Assembly: GCA_051362555.1 (NCBI GenBank)
Contig: CM120643.1
Location: 2,666,001 to 2,730,000, forward strand
DNA from: Lingula anatina
Lineage: Eukaryota; Animalia; Brachiopoda
Length of the DNA stretch: 64,000 bases
Reading direction: 5' to 3'
Shown: positions 43,878-54,957 of the stretch, one piece after another
Layout: each line of letters begins with the position of its first letter
Numbering within the stretch: position 1 is the stretch's first letter
Position numbers and translations under genes: made by a program
The notes under the pieces: model-generated
The model's database searches: none
What the model was told of the DNA's origin: nothing
What the model saw: only the letters and a program-made list of their open reading frames with translations

Positions 43878-44268
43878 CATACCACGGGGCTGATATCAAA
43901 ACAAAAGGATTGCAGGGACCGATACTATGAATGAGACGGAGTGACTGCCACGTGCGGAAGATGGGCAGGAAATCGGCCAACTACTCAGAAAACCACTAAC
44001 GCAAACGAAGATGATTGGACGGTGACCGCAATTAGGCAGTAAACGCGGGGAAAGGCCATTCTCTGATATCACCCCATGCGCGGTGATATCAGCGTGTTCT
44101 ATTCAAAGTTAGGGGTTTTGGGTGGGGAACACGCACGATTTCCCTTTGTATGTATGACAAATAATGCACTGTTACCCCCTCGCCCGATATCCACGATAGC
44201 ATGCCTCGCTGGCGCTCGGCCTGCTATCGTGATATCGGGCTCGTGGACAGTGCATTATTTACTACATA
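43876..44268 (-). mobile_element. Non-autonomous mini-Crypton (~390 bp) in tandem with the full element
   Basis: Starts with the same ~50 bp as 41060 (tacataccacggggctgatatc.aaacaaaaggattgcagggac) and ends with a diverged copy of ~43470-43877. Confidence 0.85.
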
Positions 44269-44630
44269 ATTTCATAGTTTTATTATATTGTCGATATTTG
44301 CGTTTAGGTGTTGCTCTCTCTCTCTATTCTTTATTTTGCATTTGTATGTAAACTTATAGTATGTCAGTTTTTTATATTTGTTATTTCAGTATAGTGATTC
44401 ATTTATTTCTTATTATTATTCCTTTTTATTATTTGTTTAGTTTCACCACTACAGAATGCACTACAGATATCACTGCAAGATAGTTCTTCCGATATCACTT
44501 CATTACACCATTAAAGAACATGAAATGACGAATGGGGTTAAGTCAGAGCCGCTGTTTTGTTACCATAACCATATTTAAAAACGAGTTAAAGTAAAAGGCT
44601 AAATATTAAATAAATTTTTCTAATTTGTAG

Positions 44631-45629
44631 CAGGCAACTCGTATTTTATCTGGCCCTGCCAGTGTCCATGACAACATGCCCCAGCTTCCCCCACCACTGC
44701 GGTGTGAGTGAAGACCAGCACTGGTGAAACTTCAAGATTCTGTAGACACAATATTGGAGAAACTCCTGCGACATGAAGAGCTGCTTCACCAAATTTTGGG
44801 AGCCCCCCTGCCAGCACCTCCACCACCAGACCGCCCCCCCCCCCCCTGCGACCACCTCCACCAGCAGACCAACCCCCCTCCCACCACCTCCACCACCAGA
44901 CCACCCCCCCCACCACCTCCACCACCAGACCACCCCCCCCACCACCTCTGCCACCAGACCGACCCCCCTGCCACCGCCACCGCCACTAGACCCCCCCCCC
45001 TGCCACCTACATCCCCACCTCCACAACCAGACCGACACCCCCTGCCACCTGTTCCGCCACCAGACCGACCCCCCCCCTGCCGCCGCCACCGACTACGGAA
45101 CCCCACCCCTGCATCCCTTTTGAATTCAGACAGCCCCCTCCCATCTCCCCAACCTCCCCCTGCTTTTCCTAGCCCACCACTTTTCCCTGCATATCCCCAA
45201 CCCCCGTTTTTTAACATACAAGGAGCACATCACCCCCATGCCCCCTTTCCCTCCACACTACCCGTACCCGTACCCAGTCCCTGCCCCTGCCCCGGCTCGT
45301 TCTCAAGGCCAACCTCCCCAGACCCGTCCGTTATTCCCCACTGAGAACGAGCTCCTTGTCCTGAAACAGAATTCCACGGGGGCGACCAATTTTTGCGTTA
45401 AGCTAATGTCAGCAGGGAGGAGAGGACGGACCCCACAAAGAATGTGGAAGGATCAAAGAGAGGGGGCGACATGCGGAGTCCGTTGGATAGAATTAGAATA
45501 CAATTCATACGAAAAGCTGTTGGTCGGTACTTCCCGGAGCAGTAGAGACTGAACAAGAACTTTTGGGGAAAGATGGTTTCTGTCATGAACACTGCAAATA
45601 GAAATTTAAGAGCGTGCAACCAAAATTAG
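44631..45629 (+). pseudogene. Decayed coiled-coil / Pro-rich / BEN-domain protein gene
   Basis: KLQDSVDTILEKLLRHEELLHQIL, then PPPDRPPP repeats, then across frameshifts ENELLVLKQNSTGATNFCVKLM and EERTDPTKNVEGSKRGGDMRSPLDRIRIQFIRKAVGRYFPEQ*RLNKNFWGKMVSVMNTANRNLR, which fits the BEN pattern. Premature TAG at 45543-45. Confidence 0.65.
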
Positions 45630-46295
45630 CGAAGTGTATATGTTTTAGTATTAGTTGTTATAGTTTATAGTTTAGTATTAGTTGTTATTAATGTTTTTCA
45701 AAATAGCATTTCTTCAAATAAGCTTAGATTAAGACTACATTGATTGCCTTTTTACTTTTTCATGTTAATCTTTGATTAATTTTGTGTAATTAAATTCTGT
45801 TTTGTGACCGAAGTGACTTTTGTCGTTCATCTTGGCCATTTTAAATTCTCAAAGTCAATCGAAAGCTTATTAAATGGTTATCCAAAGTAGTGCTCTCCTC
45901 ACTCCTCACTTTTCAAGGACAATAGTTTCTTCAATCCCTTATCACAATAGGAATTGAAGGGAACAACTCGCGATCCAGTATTAATTTTTCACCGCAAATC
46001 TTTTAAACGCTTACCGCAAAGCTGTATAGACAAGCCTTTTTATTTTTCCAGTTTATTTCAATTACTGTGGAATGAGCTTCGATCAGTTTGAAATGTTACG
46101 CCATTCAGTCATTCCACGTTCAATAATTAAACTTGCACTTACACGGATTGCTAAAAAGCGCACAGTATTGGCCTCGTCTCAACGTAGCAGGGTACAATAC
46201 CTTTTTATTTTATTAGCCCACAATCACTCGAACTACAGTATATCACACCTCATTTCACGCGTGGCTAGCTGTTTGGGTAAGCATGAACACAAACC

Positions 46296-46461
46296 AGGCC
46301 CGCTAGCAATTTCAGAGGGTGGGGGGGTTCGTTTTCTAAAACTATAAAATCCTCAAGTACATAGGTAAAATTTTACCCAGAGTGGACCTTTTTCCAGCAA
46401 AAAAGGTGGTTCTTTCGACCCCCCCGAACCCCCCCCCCCCCCCCCCCCGGCTACGGGCCTG
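46296..46461. mobile_element. CAGG...CCTG short TIR element (related copy 58451-58618)
   Basis: caggcccgctagc ... ggctacgggcctg termini; the interior is the reverse complement of 58451-58618. Confidence 0.65.
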
Positions 46462-47224
46462 CAACCGTCACCCAAAGTGCATAATCCCAGCCCCTCCTGT
46501 CGTCCCTTCACCTGAATAAGATGTCCGTGTTCTGTACGTAGGTCGGCATTGTACCTAATCTTAAGAATGTACAAATAATTTTATTGTCTTCTGTTGAAAA
46601 TCAGAGCACCGATGGGATCACTTAATTTCCATGACCCACGCGTTGCATATGGTTGCTGTTGATAATAAGGGCAGTTATCATTTCTCTTATTGAAACATAG
46701 CCGAAACTTTCTTTTTCCAACAATTTCATTTACAAATAAGGAATGCCATCAATAACAATCAAAATTAAGCATGGCTAAAAGAAAGACATTTTAAGAACTC
46801 ATCAATATACACAATCTTTTTGATCATTTCGCTCATTTTAAATATTTGAAATATGCAAACAGAACTTCAGAATATCTCTCTAACCCTCTCATTTAACACA
46901 TATTCCTTACATTGAAGATTGTTACTTTTGAATGAAAAGTTTTAAATTTTAAACCCTCTTATATATCATATCAATAAACCCTCTTATATATCAATAATTA
47001 AGTCTACGTTTGGATAAAAATACCACCACAACCTCGTAGGCCTATATGTCTTCACCGTAACAATGCACACATAAGCACCCTGCCTATGGTAAAATAATTT
47101 GGAAAAAAACAGCCCTGCGATATAACTAATAACTAAATAAGCATTCTAATCAATATGCGATATAAATATGGTGAACAGAAACATTCCTATTCTGAATGCT
47201 GCAAAGGTGAACTGATTAAGACTA

Positions 47225-47288
<64 letters not shown>

Positions 47289-47927
47289 ACACCAAGGTAA
47301 AAAATTAAGACCTAAAATATAGCCTACACCATTTTCAATCACTTCGCTCCCTTGAAGAATTCCAAATTTGAAAACGGTGCCTCAAACTATAACGTTTACT
47401 TAGTACAAATATTCTGTTCGTTCAAACTTGTGTAATTGAAAGAATGTTTTGACTTGAATCCCTCCAATATATTAAATGGGAATACTTATTTAGTCTACAT
47501 ATCAATACATATACATGTATTATGGATAAAATAAGATATTACACAGCCACATACATTATATGCCCTGCCAAATAATTTTCCATAAGCACCCTGTCTGCTA
47601 CTAAAATGAATATATGTATAAATATCATAGCAAGAAAAAGAAGCCATTGCTTTAATAACTGACCAATTATTCCACCGTAATTAAAAGTCAATTTAAGACA
47701 CTTGAAGGAAACAGTATCTTAATCATAAAGAACCAAGAAACAGTCATTTTAGTTAAGGAAAACAAGTGGAATTGCAGTTCGCGTTTTCCACGTTACCGTT
47801 CATTGTCCGTATTCTTTTGGGTTTCAGTCCGGCTTGTTGTCACTGTTTGCCTAAACGTTTTCTTTGCCCTTGATCGTGTCTTTTTTATCATCGTCAACGT
47901 TCGAACTCTGTCATAATTCGTCCGAGA

Positions 47928-49368
47928 TTAAATTAAGAAAGGTGTCCAGGCGGGGAAAGGTGGAGGTCCCAACAATGTAACCCAGTCGTTGGCCGGGTTG
48001 CCATTGAAGTCCGCGCAAATACCACGTACTGCATGAGGGCCACCGGTTGCCCACTCACCGCTAGCGTAGATGCTAACTGCGTGTCGATAGACAGAGACAA
48101 GTACGAATGGGACTATACGGCAATCTATCGTGATGTTTTTTGCTGTGCCAGAAACCCACGCGGTGCCAGCGGGAGGGGGGAAATATCCTGGTAGGCCTGC
48201 GACATCGATGGGGATCCATACAGCGTTAACGACATCCCAATACTGAAAGCGAAATGCAAGAGTATTAATTTAGCGCAATGAACTAAGTATTATGAACATT
48301 TTAACTCCAACTGTCAGAGAAACGACAATAAGGGGTGTGGTTAATAACTTGGTGCAAAAAAGTGCCTACATTTCCTAAAAATATTACAAAGAAAACTCAC
48401 ATATAAGCTGACAGTCGATCCCAATGTAGCCATAAAGTAGATGCCAATTGGACACTTCACATATACTACGCTGATGCGCGTTTTAAGTGTTCCACCAAAA
48501 AACTCGTGCTCAGTCATCACCCACCATGAATCGTCATTCCAAGGCAGGAGCATAACGCCGTACATATTAACAGGTGAATTGAAAGGGAAGCGTCTGTCAT
48601 CTAGAGTGTCGTAACGTACATCGCCGTGTCCATAACAGTAGGAATCATTAACTACAAAAACATAAAATTCTTAATATTAACTGAGGATGTCATTTCTTTA
48701 TGTAAATATCATATGTTATGTGCATGAATATTTGCATTTCAGCTTCAAATAGCTAAAACAACGGTACGAATCAAGTTTCTTGTTCTGCTGAGTATAGAAG
48801 TAAAGAAGGCGAAAACAATTTCTTTTTTATGTGGTTCCCCCTCCAACCCACATATGCAGAGACTTTCAGAGAGATGGGAAGGATCCTCTGAAGCCACGGG
48901 TTAGTGTGTAAAAGAAAAAAATTACTCAGTTTTGGAGTTGGTTTTTAAAATGCATTCAATCTAGTTATAGGGTATACCCTACTAACTGCAATAATCGATT
49001 TTTTTCTGATTAAGGCAGGCTCCATTTAATCTTGTCTATATCTCTGCATTTCATAATAAAATGAGTTTCACTCATTGCCACACAAAAAGCGCAACATATT
49101 TGTTGGTTGTCGCAATCACTGTGAACGCTGCATAACAGCAGTAGCGACAAAAACACGTTGCATTTTCGTTGACAATCAAATGCGTCCTGTATTAAGTCCG
49201 TTTCTACATCTTACGTTTTCCTGGTCCTTCTGGCAACTGTGCGATGACCAAATAAGGTAACAGTCTTTTTTCAAGCACTGCGGGAGTAGTAACGCCAACT
49301 ACTGTCGCCCTAGGCCCAACGTTAAACAGGACCAGGGCCACGGCCAATGACATAAGGCGTCGATCCAT
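47928..49368 (-). CDS. Secreted protein with a single divergent von Willebrand factor type D (VWD) domain, 239 aa
   Basis: Exons 49215-49368, 48401-48651, 47928-48242 (GT-AG, 720 nt, open frame). Hydrophobic N-terminus MDRRLMSLAVALVLFNVG. VWD-type start SYCYGHGDVRYDTLDDRRFPF and end VRGICADFNGNPANDW. Confidence 0.75.
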
Positions 49369-49412
49369 AATGAGCAGTTATTTAGTTCTCTTGGCAGTCG
49401 TCAGTGCAGAGA

Positions 49413-49560
49413 TTTTTATACTCCTCAAGTTCATTAAATTTTCATTGAGGCGGAACAGAAAAGACCAATGAACGTTCTTATAAATTTTTATTTTGACGTC
49501 AATTCTACACGTGTCCCTTGTTTCACGTTTACATTGGCCTATCTAGAAAAGGGGCGGAGT
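49413..49560 (-). promoter_or_regulatory. Putative core promoter of the VWD gene
   Basis: Minus-strand TATAAAAA at 49413-20, ~45 bp before the ATG; CCAAT motifs at ~49465 and ~49533; GC box ggggcggagt at 49551-60. Confidence 0.55.
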
Positions 49561-50289
49561 CAGTTTATTACAATGGCATATTGCTGGCCGTACGCCTGCA
49601 GTCGAAAAACCCTGGAGATAGATAGAATTATCTAGTTTAATAAAGTAAAGAGGATACCCGACTTGAATATATGTGACCTGAAGCCTACAGCCCATTTATT
49701 GCCACACATTTATTGCAACATTGATGTGAAACAAAGTTTTCTTGAGTCATAAAACAAGGGAGACAAGGGTATTAAAAGATAAAGGCCAACTAATTCATAG
49801 AGCTAATAATGGCATTCACAATTATATTTTTCCTGATGAAAAAAGTTAATAACAGTGACAGATCCAGAGATATTTTCTGACAATTTCCAAATTATCTTTG
49901 CTGCGTCATCCCCCATTTTTGACCGTCTTCCGACAGAAAAATTTAGATTCCCTTCAATGTAAACTTAAAAATCTGACTGTCTTCCGGAAGACCCAGAAGA
50001 CGGCCTAATCCGCCCCTGTATAATCTCTCCCTTCACCCCATTCTTATTCATCCTTTGAGTAATCACTATCGTTACTGTGCCTTAAACCGCCTGCTCCATT
50101 ACTTGTTGATAATTGATCTGCATTAAAAATGATCTGATATGTTTTGTTAACGAAGGGAATTTTAAAAATATTATATTAATACACCTACAGCTTAAGACTT
50201 AATGTATATACATATTGAAAAACCCTAACAAATCCCGAACACAATAGGACTCATTTCTGAAACCTTCTACCTCCTGTAAACAGGAGTGA

Positions 50290-50620
50290 AAACGTTTCCA
50301 AAGTAGCAAAGACGTCGCATATCTAATGAAGTGAATGCGCCAAAAGTTTCTATCTGCCCGTATATTTTGCACATCAAAACCTCATTGCCTGCGTAATAAA
50401 CCGCTTTAATTACGTCTTATCTTCTTTGTAGATGAAGTAGATCAAATCAGTCAAATGAAACACTGCAGTTTTGGAAAATGTGTCATTTCTCATATAAGGA
50501 ATATGGTTAACAGTATAATATTTTGGATAACGATTTTATAGCAGGCCCGCACCCAGGAGCCTATTCCAAAAAAAGCATACATCTCTTATACTCAGTATTT
50601 TAATGTAATCGTTGGCATCA
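50290..50620. repeat. Diverged direct duplication, partner ~53460-53795
   Basis: Both start aaacgtttccaaa.tagcaaagacgtcgcatatctaatgaagt and stay collinear to ctcagtatttt. Confidence 0.75.
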
Positions 50621-50849
50621 AATATGGCGACCCACGTAAAAGCTTGACTTGTTAACCCCAAATAGACAGTGAATAGATTCCCCTCGGGGATAACGTACGC
50701 AACAAGCATTCAAGAAGGTCGGCCATATTTGATCCGTTGACTAGTTAGTCCGCTGTTGTGAATACGGCCTTACTGACAAAATGTAACAAGGTAATTTAGA
50801 TTCCTTTGGCAATAAACACTTTTTTGATAACTCCATGTTTTTTCTGTCC

Positions 50850-53131
50850 TTTTTATGTACAGACACAGATGTGTCTGTACATATAGCCATCATCTGCGTC
50901 TGTCGTCGCCGTCGTCGCCGTCGTCGCCGTGCACTCAGCGATAACACGATAAGTGGAATACCGTTTAACATTTTGTATTCAAATTTACAGAACTGATGAA
51001 TATTCATAATACGCAGGTCAAGTTCGAAAATCAGCATGATCGGGTCACTTTTAGGGAATTTATGCTGTTTTTTCACTTTTTTCAGCATATATGCAGCACC
51101 GATAACACGATAAGTGGAAAACTGTTTTACCTTTTAGCTTGAAACTTACAGAACTGATGAATATTCATAATACGCAAGTCAAGTTCGAAAATCAGCATGA
51201 TCGGGTCACTTTTAGGGAATTTATGCTGTTTTTTCACTTTTTTCAGCATATATGCAGCACCGATAACACGATAAGTGGAAAACTGTTTTACCTTTTAGTT
51301 TGAAACTTACAGAACTGATGAATATTCATAATACGCAGGTCAAGTTCGAAAATCAGCATGATTGGGCCATTTTTAGGGAATTTATGCTGTTTTATCACTT
51401 TTTTCAGCATTTATGCAACACCGATAACACAATATTTGAAAAACTGTTTTACCTTTTGGCTTGAAACTTACAAAACTGATAAATATTCATAATACGCAAG
51501 TCAAGTTCGAAAATCAGCATGATCGGGCCCTTTTTAGTGAAGTTATGCTGTTTTTTTTTCACTTTTTTCAGCATTTTTGCAACACCTATAACACATTTTA
51601 AGGAAAATCGATTGGCCAATTGTCTTGAAATTCACAGTAGTGATCAGTGTTACTGAAATACAGATAAAGTTTTGAAAATAAGCTTGATCAGTTAAAGTTT
51701 GGTGAAGTTATACCTTTTTTTTGTATATAAGAGTTTTTTCCTCAAATTTAATTCTCAGGCATGTTAACAGTCTCATTTTTTAACTAATTAGATATTTTAA
51801 GTTGTTCTTTTGACATTTTCTGTATCTTTACAACCTTGTTAGTCGATTATATAAAAATGATGGTAAACCTGATATTGTGTATTGTTTAATAAGTATCAAA
51901 AATGAAAAAAAAACTCATATCTTTACAGTTTGTCACATTCAACCATTCACTATGTTCAGAATCTCAGAATGGAGTAAGTTGGACATTTATAATTGTTCTA
52001 TTGATATTTTTGCTTTGACAACATATTTTTTTGATTGATCATATAAAAGTGACAGTAAATTGAATATTTTGTTTTATGTAAAAGAGGTGTTGAAAATGGA
52101 AATAAACTCTTTCAATACAGTTTTCTCTTGTTTACATTTTGGGATTTTCAAAGTATGACTCTGAACTCTATGGGCTAGTCACATTTTCTGAATATCCATG
52201 ATACTTTTATTTCATTATTAAAAAATTGACTGTGCAGTTAAACATAATGTATTATTGCATCAGAATTGTCAGTCTCCTGTTTTTGTGCATTATTGTTTTC
52301 TGCTTTTCTTAAGGTGTGACTTATGGGCCTGAAGACCTTTGATAGACAAATTTGTGTGGTCAGTCTTTAAATTCCCCTTGGGTATTCACTAGGCCAAGTT
52401 TAGTGCTATAAACTCATTTGCCTAATTAAGTGGCCATTAAATTAGATTACATAAAGCACACTTGTTGATATTTCCCTGTAAACTCCCAAAGGTTAAGCTC
52501 TCTGCTAGATAACATAGTGGCCATAATAAGGAAGCAGTGAATAACAGCTTCATTAGATAATATTTTTGTTGTTTTCTTTTTAATTTTTTCTCCAACACTG
52601 GCATTTACAAGATGTGACTTTTAACTCACATCCACCTGAGGCTCCGCACATTTTCTGTATTTCCACATAAGCAGTTGTATTGCTATTCATGTCTTTAAAC
52701 ACTATTTAATATTATCTTATGCACTGTCATCATTTTTCATATATTGGGACTTTCATCATGTGAATTTTAACTCTCATGGTGCTGAAACTGTAATCTTATT
52801 GAAGGGGTGGATTGAGACCATCTTCTGGGTCTTCTGGAAGACAGTCAGATTTTAAAGTTTATATTGATGAGTATCTATTTTTTTTTCTGTTGGAAGACCA
52901 TCAAAATGGAGGATGGATCAACAAAAATACTTTAGAATACTGTCAGAAAATATTTCTGGATCTGCTACTGTTATTGACCATGTTACCTGTTGTGCATGAT
53001 GAAAAATCAGTGTTGACTGACTGTGCTATTATAAGCATTATTTATTATTAATCAAAATTGACAAAATGACCTCTTTTGCATCTTTTTTTCTGTTTTTTTG
53101 TCTGTACATTTGACAGCTTTGCTGCCTTGTT
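50850..53131 (+). mobile_element. Helentron-associated (DINE-1/HINE-like) non-autonomous element with internal satellite
   Basis: 5' inverted repeat tatgtacagacac-agat-gtgtctgtacata, (GTC/GCC) microsatellite, central tandem array, 3' sub-TIR gtctgtacat plus hairpin gacagctttgctgcc and cttgttt; T-rich flanks. Confidence 0.75.
50939..51720 (+). repeat. ~161-bp tandem repeat, about 4.5 copies
   Basis: Unit starts cgataacac at 50939, 51100, 51261 and 51422, with a degenerate start at ~51586. Confidence 0.9.
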
Positions 53132-54019
53132 TATTTTTCTCACAGCGTCACTATTTTAAAACCAGTTATTATATTCCTTTTAATGGCCACCCCCTAGCAA
53201 TCACTTCACTGTTATTTTATTTTACTTTGAACTTTATTTATAGAGGGTAATATTGTTAAGCGTTAAGTCCGTAGTCCGATTTGATTACTACAGATTAGTG
53301 TTGGGTTAGGGGGTAGTCGGTTAATTTAGAGTAGATGGACTTGATATCGATATCACACACCCCCCCGTGGGCTGTGACAACGGCCTTGTTTTCTTCTTAT
53401 TGTCATCAGTGAATTCTTTTTCATTTGAAGCTTTTTAATTACTGTTTAAGAGCTGAGGGAAAACGTTTCCAAAATAGCAAAGACGTCGCATATCTAATGA
53501 AGTAAATGCGCCCAAAGTTTCTATTTACCCGTATGTTTTGCAAATCAAAATCTTATCGCCTGCATAATAAACCGCTTTAATTACTTTTGATCTACTATGT
53601 AGATGAAGTATATCAAATAAGTCAAATGAAACACTGCATTTTTGAAAAATTGGTCATTTCTGATATAAGGAATATGATGAACAGTATAATATTTTTGATA
53701 AGGAGCTTATATCAGGGCCGCACCCAGGGCCGTATTCCAGAAAAAAATGCATTTCTTATACTCAGTATTTTTTAAAATGTGATCGCAGGCATCTGTTTTA
53801 TTGACAAAAATTAACAAGGTAATTTTAATGCCATTGGATATGAATAGGTTTTCTTACTGTGCTAATAGTCCTCTCTTTCCTCCCTTTTTGTTTTTTTCAC
53901 GACAACGTCAGTACAGTTGAATATAGACATCGAAACCCGTTATTATATTTCTTTTATTCTTACCCCCCAGCAATCAGTTTACTTTTACAACCTCCCTTCA
54001 CATATTTTGCTTTCAACAA

Positions 54020-54921
54020 TAATAATTAATGATAATAAACAACAGTCTCTGAGATCCTTAGACAATTCGATGAAAGCAAATTACAGGAAATTGCTGACTC
54101 AACATTGGACTGGTCTTGGACAAACAACATGCAATTAAACAGGAAAAAAACCAAACAAATGGCCATATCATTTAAACGCAAGAATGCAGATATCCCTAAG
54201 CTCATTATTGACAAAACAGATATTGAATTTGTAGAATCATTTAAATTACTTGGAGTGTATATCTCTAATGACCTCACATGGAAAGTACATGTAGACAAAA
54301 TCACTAAAAAAGCAAGCAAAAGGATTTATTTCCTTCAGCACCTTAAGCGTGCAGGCCTTACAACTGATGACCTAGTAACTTATTACCAGACGGTCATAAG
54401 GCCAGTTTTGGAATATGCTGCCCCTGTCTGGCACTTTGGATTAACAAATGAATTGAATGCCTTAGTAGAAAAGTCTCAAGAAAGAGCTCTTAAGATAATT
54501 TATCCTGGACTTGAATATGACGCTGCTTGTGAACATAGTAAACTTGGACTACTGAGTGAAAGACGGATCAATGCATGCAAAATATTGTTTATTAGTATAT
54601 CAAATGAACCGGATCATAGACTGTATTATCTTTTGCAACCAAAACAAAATGCCAAATATTCATTGAGGGAACAGGAAACTTTTAAAAGACCTAAAATTAA
54701 AACCAAACGATCAATGAGTGACTTTTTAACAAGTGCCATATACAAGTTTCAGAATTAACTGATAGACCTTTATTCTTTCTTTTTTTTAACCTTGCATTTT
54801 AGATATTTTATTTTAAATTTGCTTACATATGTCTTTTAATATCCCTTTGTTCTTACTTACTAATGGTTTTATCCGACTGTGATGCAATGATTGTAATTAT
54901 CCAACCCTCGGGTTGCAAATT

Positions 54922-54957
<36 letters not shown>
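54020..54957 (+). mobile_element. 5'-truncated CR1/L2-group LINE 3' end with (TAA)n tail
   Basis: WSWTNNMQLNRKKTK, FKLLGVYISNDLTW..HV, YQTVIRPVLEYAAPVWH, QERALKII; 3' UTR ends in a short stem-loop and (TAA)n at ~54925-54957. Confidence 0.88.

Noticed and set aside
41060-44268. DIRS/Ngaro retrotransposon
   Set aside because: No gag, RT or RNase H; the YR is DUF3504/Crypton type and contains spliceosomal introns.
43684-44351. Duplicated short plus-strand ORFs MRGDISVFYSKLG
   Set aside because: They arise from the duplicated Crypton end; the frames diverge through an indel and there is no coding evidence.
44620-45217. Gly/Trp-rich minus-strand ORFs
   Set aside because: Antisense shadow of the C-rich Pro-repeat region.
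50939-51720. Possible CRISPR-like array
   Set aside because: Contiguous tandem units with no unique spacers, no cas genes, eukaryotic context.
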